From assembly GCA_051362555.1 (NCBI GenBank), contig CM120645.1, forward strand, positions 23,898,934-23,962,933: a stretch of DNA of 64,000 bases, in the 5' to 3' direction. This document shows, piece after piece, positions 50,942-64,000 of the stretch (position 1 is its first letter; every line of letters begins with the position of its first letter). The notes under the pieces are model-generated. The model did no database searches and had not been told where the DNA came from. It saw only the letters and a program-made list of their open reading frames with translations. The position numbers and the translations under genes were made by a program. Origin of the DNA: Lingula anatina (Eukaryota > Animalia > Brachiopoda).

Positions 50942-51517
50942 GTAAGTATTGTTTAAGTGGACAAATATGAGGTGTCCGTTGTACAGCTACCCTCACTACA
51001 GTAATTACATATTCTAGAAAATGAAAAAAAATTCTTCTGTTTCTAATTCAAAGACTACAAAACTCCGTAAAAATACAGATACTTGGGTTTTATTTACTAT
51101 CATTCAAATATTACATATTATTTTAGCATTCTATAACAAATGCCATTGTAATTGTTTGTTTGTTATGAAAATTAAATAGTGTTAAATGGTCATATTCTTA
51201 TTTTATCTGTTACAGTTATTTTCATAGTTGGTTGAATTTTCTCTGTAACAAATGGATTTGTAACAGAAGTATATTGAAAATTTAATGAATAATTTTTGCA
51301 TAGTTTCAACAGGATTTTTCGTGGAGTGTTCAGGAATGAAAATCCCTCTTCATAATTACATATAGATCCCCTTTACTTAATCCGACTATATTTATTTCCA
51401 ATTCTGATTTTTACTGTTACAATCACTATGTCATACCTTTCTATGACAAATCCTTGGATAATAAAAAGGTTTACCATTATTTCACTACCCATTAGTCTAG
51501 CATCAAAGTTGTCCACA

Positions 51518-54500
51518 TTTTTATGTACAGACACAGATGTGTCTGTACATATTGCCATCACCTGCGTCTGTCGTCGCCGTCGTCGCCGATGGCGATGCCG
51601 ATGCCGATGCCGATGCCGTGCACTTTCCTTGTAAACACGATAAGTGGAACACAGTTTTATTTTTTGCTTTTATATTTACAGAGCTGATGAATATTCATAA
51701 TACGCAGGTCAAGTTCGAAAATCAGCATGATCGGGCCATTATAGTAGATGTTATGCTGTTTTTTCACTTTTCAGCATATATGCAACCCTGTAAACACATT
51801 TTAAGGAAAACCGTTAGGCCAATTGTCATTAAACTCACAGGAGTGGTCAATCTTACTAAAACGCAGGTTGAGTTCGAAAATCAGCATAATCGGGCCATTA
51901 TTTTAGAAGTTATGCTGTTTTTTCACATTTCCTCAGATTCAGTTCTTAGGCATGTTAACAGTCTTATCATTTAACTAATAAGATACATAAAAGTGTTTGT
52001 TTAACATTTCCTGCATCTTTACAACATTGTTAGTTGATTATGTAAAAATGATGGTAAACTTGTTATCGTGTATTGTGTTATAAAGAATCAAAAATGGAAA
52101 TAAACTCATATCATTGCAGTTTGTCATATTCAATAATTCAGTATGTTCAGAATCTCAGAATGGAAGAAATTGGACATTTTACACTATTCTGTTGATATTT
52201 TTCCCATCTCATCAATTTTCTTAGTTGATCATATAAAAATGGCAGTAAACTGTTAATTTTGTTTTGTGTAAAAAAATTGTTAAAAATGGGAAAAAAACCC
52301 ATTTCAGAACAGTGCTGTCTTGTTTCACATTTCTACAGATTCAGTTCTTAGGCATGTTAACACTCTCATTATTGAACTAATAAGATACATAAAAGTGTTT
52401 GTTTGACATTTCCTTCATCTTTACAACCTTGTTAGTTGATTATGTAAAAATGATGGTAAACTTGTTATCGTGTATTGTGTAATAAAGTGTCAAAAATGGA
52501 AATAAACTCATATCATTGCAGTTTGTCAGATTCAATCATTCACTATGTTCAGAATCTCAGAATGGAAGAAATTGGACATTTAACACTGTTCTATTGATAT
52601 TTTTCACATCTCATCAATTTTCTTAGTTGATCATATAAAAAATGGCAGTATCCTATTAATTTTGTTTTATGTTAAAAAAGTGTTAAAACAGGAAATAAAC
52701 CCATTTCAGAACAGTGCAGTCTTGTTTACATTTTGGCATTTTTAAGGTGTGACTTTGAAGTTCCATGGGCCTGAAGACCTTTGCTAGTCACATTTTCTGA
52801 ATATCCATAATACTAATATTTTATTATTAAAATTGATGGTCATTATGCTGTCAAACATTATGTAATATTGCATCAAAATTTGAAAAAAAACCTATTTTGG
52901 GCACTGCTCCCATGATGACCATTTAAGAAAAACCATGTCACTTACTGTTCTCAAACAGTACAGTTAATATGTACAGATGTGTCTGTACATATTGCCATCA
53001 CCTGCGTCTGTCGTCGCCGTCGTTGCCATCACTGTCGCTGTCGCCGGCGCCGTGCACTTTCATTGTAAACACGATAAGTGGAAGAAAGTTTTACTTTTTG
53101 GCTGTATATTTACAGAGCTGCTGAATATTCATAAAATGCAGGTCAAGTTCGAAAATCAGCATAATCGGGCCATTATTGTAGAAGTTATGCTGTTTTTTTA
53201 CTTTTCAGCATATATGCAACACTGTAAACACATTTCAAGGAAAACTGATAGGCTTTTTGTCATGAAACTCACAGGAGTAATTTATCTTACTATAACGCAG
53301 GTCAAGTTCGAAAATCGGCAGGATCGGTCCACTATTTTAGTAGTTATGCTTTTTTTTTTCACTTTTCAGCATATATGCAACAATGTTAACACAATATAAG
53401 AAAAACAGATAGGCCAATTGTCATTAAACTTACAGGAGTGGTCATTCCTGCTAAAACGCAGGTTGAGTTCAAAAATCAGCATAATCGGGCCATTATTTTA
53501 AAGAAATGCAGTTTTTTCACATTTCCTCAGATTCAATTCTTAGGCATGTAAACAGTTTCATTATTGAACTAATAAGATACGTAAAAGTGTTTGTTTGGCA
53601 TTTCCTGCATCTTTGCAACATTATTAGTTGATTATGTAAAAATGATGGTAAACTTGTTAACGTGTATTGTGTAATAAAGTGTCAAAAACGGAAATAAACT
53701 CATATCATTGCAGTTTGTCAGATTCAATCATTCACTATGTTCAGAATCTCAGAATGGAAGAAATTGAACATTTAACACTGCTCTATTCATATTTTTCCCA
53801 TCTCATCAATTTTCTTAGTTGATCATATAAAAACGGCAGTAAACTGTTAATTTTGTTTTTTTTTTTTAATTGTTAAAAATGGAAAAAAAAACCATTTCAG
53901 AACAGTGCTGTCTTGTTTCACATTTTGGCATTTTCAAGTTGTGACTTTGAAGTTCCATGGGCCTGAAGACCTTTGCTAGTCACATTTACTGAATATCCAT
54001 AATACTAATATTTTATTATTAAAGTTGATGGTCATTATGCTGTTAAACATTATGTAATATTGCATCAAAATTTGAAAAAAAACTATTTTGGGCACTGCTC
54101 CCATGATGACCATTTAAGAAAAACCATGTCATTTACTGTTCTTAAACTTACAGGAAAGAAACATGGGACTAAAATACAGCTTCAGTAGGAAACACAGTCT
54201 GTTTGGTAATTCTTACTGCCAGTTAAACAGTTATTTTGTGAAAATTAAATTTTTCACATATTGGCATTTTCAAGGTGTGACTTTGAAGTTCCACGGGCTT
54301 GAAGACCCATGCTAGTCACATTTTCTGAAAATCCATGATACGTATATTTTATTATTAAAAATTGACGGTCATTATGCTGTTAACCATTATGTAATCTGGC
54401 ATCAGAATAGAAGAAAACACAATTTTGGGTGCTGCTGCCATGATGACCATTATGGGAAAACCATGTTACTTATGATTGCCAAACTTTCAAAAAAGAAATA

Positions 54501-54753
54501 CAGGACTAAAATGCAGTCTGAGTTGGAAAAGCAGTCTAAGTGACTTCTTTTTCTGCAAGTTATACATTTTCAAAGTGTAAACTTGTCACGTATATTAATT
54601 ACATTGGTATTACCTGTTGAGGATAATTAAAATTTGATGTTGCATTTGCAGTTTAACATAATGTTCTTTTGCATCAGAATTGACAGTAGCCTATTTTGTG
54701 CATAGTTATTTCCTGTTTTTTGTCTGTACATTTGACAGCTTTGCTGCCTTGTC
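51518..54753 (+). mobile_element. Helentron-associated non-autonomous element (HINE / DINE-1-like) with internal tandem repeats
   Basis: 5' subTIR ATGTACAGACA (51523) with adjacent inverted copy TGTCTGTACAT (51540), then a GTC/GCCGAT microsatellite and about 160-bp core repeats (51703, 51863, 53138, 53297, 53458). 3' subTIR TGTCTGTACAT (54721) is followed by a short stem-loop. A second head lies at about 52969. Confidence 0.7.
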
Positions 54754-54790
54754 CTATAATGTGCTGAAGATTTGCTGACAAGATACCTAG

Positions 54791-55005
54791 GCTCTATTCC
54801 CATAGATTTTAGATCGATCTATCCCCGCGGGGAGTCTCACTAGATTACTTTCAGATAATCCGACTTAAATGTCCGTCCCGCCTACTACAAGCTGTAAGGG
54901 GGTAATTAACTTTCGTGTCCGCCCGGCTGACAGCTATTTGGCGTGAACCCCCAGGGAGTTAGGTCGATCTAAAGTAGGTCGATCTAATCTATGGAAATGG
55001 GGTGC
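54791..55005. mobile_element. Long-TIR MITE (Harbinger/PIF-like) with 3-bp TSD TAG
   Basis: TAG at 54788-54790 and 55006-55008; inverted ends. Related to the elements at 37604, 17547 and 20735. Confidence 0.75.
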
Positions 55006-55294
55006 TAGTCACACAGTGGATATTCTGGAAAGGATTGCGACATTTTCACACGATTCTCATGTACAGTTAAGTTCTAAATACCTGACTTTTTCTGACATTT
55101 TACTATCAAAAATCATTTTCAAGCATTCACATTCACAACTTCATTCAGGACTTTCAAATTGGCGTAAATTACATTGACCAAACATTTTAGGGGGTTGGAG
55201 GGGGGATACTAATCCATGTTGTTTGAATTATTGAGGGTTTGCTGTAGTTCACGTAATAGGTGACTGCTATAGGAGGACTGACAATTGTCTTATC

Positions 55295-56073
55295 TCAGGT
55301 ATTGAGCACTGTATCCTTTGATGACTTCCGAACCAGATCAAGGTGCATACGCCCAAAAATGCGACCGAAGGACTCGAAGCAAGGGTCAGAAAATGTACGA
55401 ATGCACATTCCAAATACTGTCCCAATTGCCTTGAGTTGAATTCCGTAGCTTTTTATAGAGGGCACCACGCTCCACACATTACAGAAGGTGAGACAGGCAA
55501 AGTGAATGCCCCAGCAAAAGGCACATGGGACGCCACAGATGGCACTCAATATGCGGTAAGTCCATTTTTTGGTTGCACTGAAGGTGGCAAAACTTGTCCG
55601 CCATATTGTCTGAAAGCTATGGGTACCTTCTGGTTCTGCTATCACATCCTCAAAGAGAACCTAACAGAGGGAAGAAGAATTGCAATTCTATTTTTTTAGA
55701 TATTTGTTATTAAACCTGAAGTTCAAATGTAAAAGATTTACCATTTTTACTGTGGAATTCAAAGATGTCAAATGTTGACAATATTCAAACTGTTTGGATT
55801 TCAGGGTAAACCAAAAGCAAGAAGTTTGGGGAGGGTTCCAATTTATCAACTTTTCCCGTCCCCACATTGCAGAGCGGAGCATACCTTCAGATGGTCATTC
55901 ATGTTGGTAGGATCACGGTCAGTCATGTCCAGTGCGAACGGTGCTATCACCTTGAAGTTAGATGGTGGCTCCATCTTGTGGTCTGTTGGTTCACTGTTCA
56001 GGGAGACATTGGAGCCAAATTGAGGCTTTGCTGTAATGTCAGCAGATCCAGATTTTTCTTCTGTATCAGACAT
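55295..56073 (-). CDS. CAV: Caveolin, 184 aa; coding exons 56073-55885 and 55660-55295
   Basis: Spliced product ...LDMTDRDPTNMNDHLK|VLFEDVIAEPEGTHSF... contains the caveolin signature FEDVIAEP, followed by the scaffolding and hydrophobic membrane segment. Confidence 0.95.
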
Positions 56074-58527
56074 AGTGGCAGTCTACACACTTGTCAACTG
56101 GACAACTGCTTGAAAACCTTAGTATAAATACCTGAAAACTATCACAGTTTCAAACTTACAGTGAAAGTCTTCAAATCAAAGGCACTTTCTTGAGATACCC
56201 GATGGTCAACTCTGCACAATTTTGCAAGTTTGAAAAAAATCTTCCTCCTATGGAAAAGTCCCAGTACTAACTTCTAAAGATGGGTGTTGTTGTATTGCTG
56301 GTGGTAAAAGAGGGAGGAGCATGAATTAAGAGAGGGCTGCTACAGAGAGGTGTACAATCATGTTGCATTCATTGGTCCACATTTACCAGATGCCACCGCT
56401 GTGACCTGCACCACTTGAAAAAATTAACAGCGTTTATTGGATTTATTTAAATTATTTAAAAAGTGCTTTCACATGATAGATTCATGTTTTATTGGGCATA
56501 ATGTCAGTAACAAAACTATATATTGTGTTTGGAGCCTCTATTTGTCCCCCTCAAAGAAGTGCATGGCCTCCATATCTTTATGAAGGTTATCAGTCAACCT
56601 TTACTGTGCACCATCTGGTGGAATACTGATATAGAGGGCAAATCGGGTTATATTTTAACAATGTTATCAGCAATAAAATTTGGCACTTCAGGCAATTGTA
56701 ATAGATAAAAGTGGTGATGATCAAGATTTTGTATCAAAATATTTTATTTTTCAGGTTTGATCATATTTAAGGAAATTGAAAATGCTAAAAATAAGATGCT
56801 TTTCAGGATAAAAAATATGACATTGGGACAATTAAAAATGCAGGCAGGATAATTTTATATTTTTGAAAATTTTTATCGTCTTCAGATTTTAACGAGAGCA
56901 ATTACACTCTTCAATTGTTAAGACCAGGGAGATACTATGTTATAGACATCTCAGCATGTACACAGTACTTCAGCAGTACCCAGTCAAAGTCAAGAACCAC
57001 CTGTCTGATCTGAAATTAGTACCAGGGTGTGTTCACAATAAATATATTGTACTAGCTAGTGCGCCCCAACTCCCAAGAAAGCTCATGCTGAATGTAATCT
57101 TCCTGGTGTTGAGTAGAAAATACAGTAAAAACTGGTGATAATACAACTACGTTGAAAACGAGAGGTGTGAATCTGTTCACCTGATTGCCTTCAGCAAGAG
57201 TATCTGTGGAGTTACTATGCAGTAGCTAGTTGGACAGATATAGTGTAAACTGGCCCTATTGGTATCTATAAGTAATATTGGGTCACCAGGACACATGGTA
57301 GTTAACTGCTGTTTTCCTGTTAATGATTAAAGAAACATTTAATCGTGACACAGTTTTTGATATCAGTACATGTATGTTTTGTTTTACACAGCTTCTAGGA
57401 AAGCCTTGCACCCATCAAATGTGTAGGATCCTAGAGACAGCAACACATCAACTAGGAGTTCCTTTCATGCACTAATCATGTATACCTCTTTTATAAACAT
57501 TTTACTTTTTACTAATGATGTTGTGAAGACATGAATTTACATGATGCAAATCCATAGTTGGCAAAAACGTAGTTCTATGCAGTTAATAATTGTTCAGTAA
57601 CAAATAACACCAAAGGTATGGAAAATACTGCCATTTCTTTATTTATCATATTTTTACATCTTAAATTTATGTGACATTGGTTATTTATCATGTTAAGAGA
57701 AATCATATTTAAATTTTAACTTCTGACAAATGAAGGGCATTTCCACTACAATTTCTACTGGGTCCTTCATCTGGATTACACAGTGCTGGTACATGATAAC
57801 TGTGCTTCAAAATGTCACCTCAAAAAACACTAAAGACGAACTTGAAACAAGGATGTAATGCAGTAAAAATAAATGATAAAATCAAATAAACTTAAATTGT
57901 AAATCTGACCTTGCTGAATCTTAAACTTGACCTGCATTATGCTACGACAAATAAATCGGGCTACAGTAAAACCTGTAGATTTACTTCCTTTAAGTATTAT
58001 ACCAAGAAATATTACCAAGAAATATCTCTCATTTTCATAACATGACAAATTGCTCCAGCTAATTTTCAGTAAAAAAGATACACCCTTCCAAAGTTATTGC
58101 AGAAACAAGACGAGTGCAAATTCCTGGCACAAAAGGCTTGGACTATAGTGACAGCTTTATTTGTATAAACATTGACCATTTCCTTTTCAATCCTTTCTTG
58201 TCAATTCATCACTTGCATCCCTTTATATTATCCTTTCATTACTTCAACAAAGATACAATATGATCTAGGCTTGATATTCTGTAAATATTTTATTTTTATC
58301 AAATTCACATTCCTGTCACTGTATCTTTGACAAAAAGATTATGATGTAGTATCATCTCAACTTTTGTCTTTATGAATTAAATCAAAGCTCAAAGCCAAGA
58401 TCCTCCTCATAAGTTACAGTATTTATAGTTCTGTTCTCTTTGTCCAACTTCCTCAAGACAACTAATCATAAGTGAACATTCTGCCATCTGGTGACTCCCT
58501 CCAGTGCCATGTACCACAATGCAGGAA

Positions 58528-61500
58528 CTAGGTCACTTTCTTCTTCTTCCTCCCTGGTCCTCCGCCTCCACCCCCTCGCTTCCCCTTCCCACCTTTCTTC
58601 TTCTTGTCCTTACATTTCTTACAGAACCACTGCTCATCATCGCTGGGAGGGTTGACGATACCCACACAGACCCTGAAATATCAAATTGAATGCTAGCTGT
58701 GACAGTTGTCTTTGTAAAACTGGAAATGAATATTGCCTGCTTTTATTTGAAATTCCTACCAATCTATTTCAGAAATGACTTCATCATTTTCAAACATAAA
58801 TCAAGGTAACTTCAATATCAATAAGTTCACTGCCTTGAATAAAAAAATAAATAAATAAAGGGAGTGATTTTTCATCAAACAATATTACATTGCTATGCTA
58901 CAGATTTCCTTTCTTTTCTGCTTAGTAATAAGACACCTTTTGCTGGATCCTCCCTCTCCTACAAATCCAACTTCATTCCTGGCCAAGTCATAGGATTTTG
59001 GACTATCTTCAATAATTTTGATGATTGCTGCCATGCCATTTTAACCAATCAAAACTTACCAGTGATACCAGTCGTCATGGTTTCAATGTCATTTTAACCA
59101 ATCAAAACTTACCAGTGATACAAGTTGTCATGGCTACAATGTCATTTTAACCAATCAAAACTTACCAGTGATACCAATCGTCACAGCCATCACAGCCAAT
59201 CATTGGACTGCCGTCATCTTGTAGTTTACAGTTGGGGCAAATCCAGATGGTATTGCCTGCTTCGTCCTAAAGTATAAGAAACATTTATTACAGACTAGAA
59301 AGTATTATGTAACGCAGGGTCCCACCCAGATGGTGTGGCAGTATCCTGAGTTAATTTTCAGTTATTTCACCAACAAGGCATATAGATGAGGATTCAGTTA
59401 ACAAACTGATAAACATAAAATTGAGATGAAATGTAATGTAGCAGTCAATCAGATATTCTTACCACAAACTGGTACTGTCCTATGGTTTCCGTGACAACAA
59501 CACATTTCTGGGCAGCTGCTTTTGACTTGAGGGCAGGGGGTGGCATGGGGGGTACCACAGGGGGTGAGAGGGGTGCCTTGGGCACTCTGGGGGGTGAGGG
59601 GGGTGGAGAGGGTGATGATTCAGGAGAGAAGTGGAAGGGGGACAGAGAGGTAGCAGAGGGTGGGGTTTTGGCTCTGGTCACCCGGGGCGGTGAGAAGGGG
59701 GTGGGGGTCTTAGAGGCCTTGGTGGGGGACTTGAGGGGTGGGGGTGGGGGTATGGGTGCCGCCTTTGGCTCTGGTCTATCCACTCTGGGGGTTGATGCAG
59801 CCCTGGGGGGTGAGGGTATTGACAGAGGGGGTGGCTGATCCCTTGGTGGCATTGGCTTGATAACTCTGGAATACACAATGCACAAATATCCCCATTAGCC
59901 TACATGTTGGACTGGAGTATTGTCCAACAGCGATTACTGGTGTAACTTCTAATAGTCAAAGGTCTGAAGTTTTCTTCTACACATGATTTGTGCAATGAGA
60001 TATTATGAAGGCTCATTTAAGATATTTAGAATTTCTAACAGAAATGATTTAGGGTAGTAGGACAAAAAGTAGTATGAAATGGGTCCATGGCCTTAAACCA
60101 CCAAGTAAATATAATTGAATTTTCGAATTTAAATCAGAAAGTCATGTTTACTTTACTATGCAATCCTGTTTGAAGGAATCAACTTACAGTTTTGGTATCT
60201 CAGGTTTCTCCAGTTTTGTTAATATCTCGTCCCGTAGCGAGGATGATGTTTTCTTTGTCATCTCTGAAGCAGAGTCTGACTGTGAAGCTGCCGTAGGAGA
60301 GGAACTGACGGAGGGCGTTGAGCCACCCAATTTGAACTTCAGTTTTGGCACAAAAGGTTCTTCCTTCCCCTGGGAAGATTTGAAAAAAAATATGGAATGG
60401 AACTCTAGTGTTACCTGTTTCCACCATTCTTAACTTGCCAGTAATATTTTGTGCATAGATTTTTCATGATGCTGGTAATTAACTTAAAGGAACATAAAAT
60501 ATATTAAGTCCTAAATGGAGATTCATGTCTAAAAAAATAACTTGACTAAATTGTGTTAGATGTTTGATAAGTTAAAAGTGACTGGCACCAGATGATTACT
60601 TTTATAAATGTATTCCTCATAAATAGAACATTAATGCTATTTGCTATCAACACCAATGAAGTTTTGAGAACATGTTCATTAAAAAAACAAATTCACTACA
60701 GCTGGTGATGTACACAGAGTGAAATGTCACTCTCTCACCTTATTTTCTTCCTCTCTGGATTTCTCTTCTTTTCTCTTTTCTTTCTCCTTGTCTTTGTGCC
60801 TGTCTTTATCCTTCTTTCTCTCCTTTTCTTCTTTTCTCTTTTCTTTCTTTTCACTCTTCTCTCTATCTCTGTCCTTGTCCTTTTCTTTCTTCTTCTTTTT
60901 CTTCTTGTCTTTATCTTTCCTGTCCTTTTTCTCCTTCTTGTGCGACTTCTCTTTATCCTGAAAATAATTTCCAAAATATTTTATAATGCAGCTCCTTCAT
61001 GTTGCAGATTTTTTAATTTAACATTTTCCAGATGAAACTTATGAAAGCTGATCAAAACTATTACACACACACTCACTAAAATTCCTGAAAAAGCCAAAAC
61101 AAATTTTTTCACATTATCATTTCAACAGATCTTCACAATGACTCTCAACACAAACACTTTGGACTGAAGTCGACAACCAAGAAAATATCGTTAATTTGTC
61201 CCATAAATGTCTGAAGAGCACTCATATCTTAATTAAAAATCATCCTGTACACTTAGCCAGAAAGTTATTAGTTTATACATTCACATCACAGCAACCTGAT
61301 AGCAACCCTATTGCTTTACCTTTATTTTCCCACCCTCCAGTTTAATTGGCTTAATCTTGAGCGTGGAATCTTCCGTCCCGCTGACCCTCTGGATGGTCAG
61401 TTTGGTTGGAGACGGGTAGTTAAACTCTGAGCTAGACGCTTGACCCATGACGGCTGTGTCCGAGGCCTGAGGCTGCTGAGGCGGCAGAGTCTTGACCACG

Positions 61501-63627
61501 CTGGGTTCTAAAGATGGTGACCTCATAGGAGAGGATGAAAATGATGAGTGGACAGACGGCGACCGACTGATTAAATCTTTTAATGGGAGTTTGATTCCTA
61601 GTCCTTGTCCAGTCAGGGGAGACCCCGGAGTCGCTGAGGAACTGTCTTCTTTCACACCACTGGATTTTTGCTTTAATTTCTTTTTTAGTTTCTTTTTGAT
61701 GTCTGAGTCTTTAGATTTTTCTTTCTTTTCCTTGCTTTTGTCCTTATCTTTGTTGCTCAGAGATTTGTCTTTTTTCTTCTTAATTTTGGTCCCAGTTTCT
61801 CCAGATGTAATAGTCAGGGTAGGAACCTTGGGGGCCTCAGCTGGTTTATCATCAAATTCAAATGCGTAGGGATCTTTTGTAACTTTTTCTTTCTCCTTAA
61901 CTTTTTCTTTCTCTTTTTCCTTTAATTTTTCCTTCTCTTTTTCCTTATCTTTCTTAGCTACTTCCTGTTCATGTTCCATATTAGCTCTGCGAATCACCGC
62001 ATCTATAGAATCGTCAACAGAAGTCCGCCATGTTGGCACTGGTGGCGGTTGTGTCTCTTGATCTGATTGGTCAGATTTATCAGCTTCCGCCATTGTTCTC
62101 TTAATAGCTGCATCAATACTGTCATCGTAATTTTGAAGCCGTGCTCTTTTTGCAACGTTAACATCCTCATCAATGACTAACATTTCAGGTTCAGGGGAAT
62201 CATCCCTAGGGGGCAGTGGTGAGCTGCTTGCTATTGGTGCTGTCTTGGTAGTTTCAGTAAGCGCTTTGGCTAGATGAGAAGACTTTGAAGCAGCTGCACT
62301 ACCAGGGGAAGAGGGCGTCGTCTTCTTACTTTTACCTTCTCCCTTTGGACTTTTAGCCCTCACGGGAGATTTTGATCGAGATGGAGACTTTGGAGGCTTA
62401 GCAGTTTTGGAACTCAACATAGCCTTAACGACTTCTGAAGGTTTGGGGGTGAGTGGTGATTTTGGCACATTAGGTGGTGGTGGTGTTGGTGAAGGAAGTG
62501 GTGCTGTCGGAACAGGAGAAGGTGGCGCTGCTTTTGTCACCACCACAGGTGGTGCTGATGGTGCTAATGGCACCACTGGGGAAGTAAGTGGTCTCATCAA
62601 TAAACTGGATTCAGGTTTGGAGGGTGTGGTAACTTCATTCTGGACCTTCTCTGCTGGAGCCTTCTCTGGGGTGGTCTCCATTTTCTCTTCTTTTCTCAGC
62701 GGCTGTGATTTGATTGGTTGTTTTTGAGGCGCTGGTGGGGTACGAGCATCTGGGAGTTTTCCATGCCGCATAGGAGAAATGAGTCCCTGGTCTGTCATGA
62801 TGACATTTTTTATTTCATATCGAGAACCAAGCACTTCATCTGCCAGTCTGAAACAGGAAACAAATGATGTTTTTTTTTTTACAAACCTCTAAATCATCAG
62901 ATTTATTTGACAATTGTTATTTCTATTTAAATTTATCAATTATATGAAAAGTTCTTACTATTTGTGATACAACATGAGTACTGACCCTTTAAAATAAAGG
63001 AGATGATAAAACTACCTTTGTTTCTTTGCTGGCTGTTCTGCAGTAGGACTGGTCAACATTCTCTTCAATGTGTCTGAGCCAGCACTGCCATCTGGTGGCA
63101 AAACTTCACCATTCTGCTCACCAGGGGGAGGCACCTTCTTGGTGGGGGTCTGTGCAGGCTCTTCAAATTCTAACACAAAAAGTTATGGATAATTTAATGA
63201 ACATCTCTGTTAAAAGGTATTAATAATTTTTGACTCCCATGACCATAAGATGATATCAGAGAAAAATGTTTAAGAAATGACAACAATGAAAATCTAAAAA
63301 TTCAAACCTTCAGTTAGAAAATCAAAGCAACTTATACATAATATGGAGGCAAAAGTCTAATCATGAAAAGGCCGTTCAAATCACCTTCCATGTCAGGATA
63401 CATCAGCGGCAGGTGCTCATCAATCGCTTCATCCCTGTTCTGCACTTGTTGACTCTTCCGCGGAGGAAACTGGAGCCTGTTTTCTTTGGGAGCAGGGAAT
63501 GCTGGGATGTCATGTGCGAACACTGGTAGGTCCACATTGTTCACATACTCGTCAAGCTCACCCAGGACAATGCCAAGGTCACGGAATGCAAGGCCAAGGT
63601 CATCCAAGTTGGGTTCTGTTCTTCCAA
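58528..63627 (-). CDS. TAF3: TFIID subunit TAF3, 5'-partial. Exons 63627-63385, 63169-63016, 62847-61320, 60957-60739, 60369-60188, 59865-59463, 59266-59166, 58672-58528
   Basis: Histone-fold end GRTEPNLDDLGLAFRDLGI, Pro/Lys-rich middle, and C-terminal PHD finger IWICPNCKLQDDGSPMIGCDGCDDWYHWVCVGI...WFCKKC. All introns are GT-AG and in phase. Confidence 0.93.
59034..59185. repeat. 53-bp tandem repeat (x3) spanning the end of the TAF3 PHD exon and its splice donor
   Basis: cttaccagtgatac (minus strand gtatcactg|gtaag) at 59055, 59108 and 59161. Confidence 0.9.
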
Positions 63628-64000
63628 CTAGAGTTGTGACAGGAGCAGTATTATTACCTCTGAGTTATTATTGTGAAATATAAGTAAAACAACATGATAA
63701 TCACATATAAATGTAACCTCCATCTTTTGTAAGCTGTACAATATTATATTACTGACACAAATGAAGAGTAGTTACTGGATTGGAGAAATTAGCTGTTTAA
63801 TAAATAATTCATTACATAATTGAATAAACATTTCTTAATCTGCAATGTCTTCGACAGTTTATATACCAAAAAGACTTAAAATGTGTAAAAACAAGTCCTG
63901 TTCCAGTGTCATGAAAGCTACCTCCCACACCCCACTTACACTATGCAAAGTAACTGTGTACCATTCTCACCCCTTGAAGCACCCCCCTCCCAACCCTAAG

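Noticed and set aside
51537-53399. Two paralogous ORFs of about 140 aa (51537, 52977)
   Set aside because: They lie in the duplicated head and core repeats of the Helentron-type element and show no protein-like features.
59482-62727. Gly-rich and Phe/Ser-rich plus-strand ORFs (59482, 60719, 61492, 62407)
   Set aside because: They are antisense to the Pro-rich and Lys/Glu-rich TAF3 exons.

Overview
AT-rich, intron-containing animal genomic DNA; the repeat content looks invertebrate (mollusc/lophotrochozoan-like, not provable from this window alone). Bases 1-41000 hold a head-to-tail (+ strand) array of 14 copies of one gene family I cannot name. It encodes a predicted secreted protein of about 270 aa. 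Each complete copy has a leader exon whose only coding content is ATG (ATG|GT donor), an intron, and a single exon of about 810 nt. Two copies (13, 14) are fully intact. One (9) is open but carries in-frame deletions. Two (4, 5) have intact coding exons but no leader exon of their own. The other nine are broken by stops, frameshifts, deletions, MITEs or an L1-type insertion. Copies fall into three subfamilies (order A A B B C C C C C C A B C C) and are sequence mosaics of one another. Downstream lie three conventional genes: a 9-coding-exon TATDN2-like nuclease of about 1488 aa with an in-frame NADAR (YbiA/RibX-like) domain (+), a caveolin (-), and the 3' part of TAF3 (-). There are also a Helentron-type non-autonomous element, several MITEs, LINE fragments and satellites. 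Exon boundaries were read by hand from splice consensus and frame continuity, not from transcript data.
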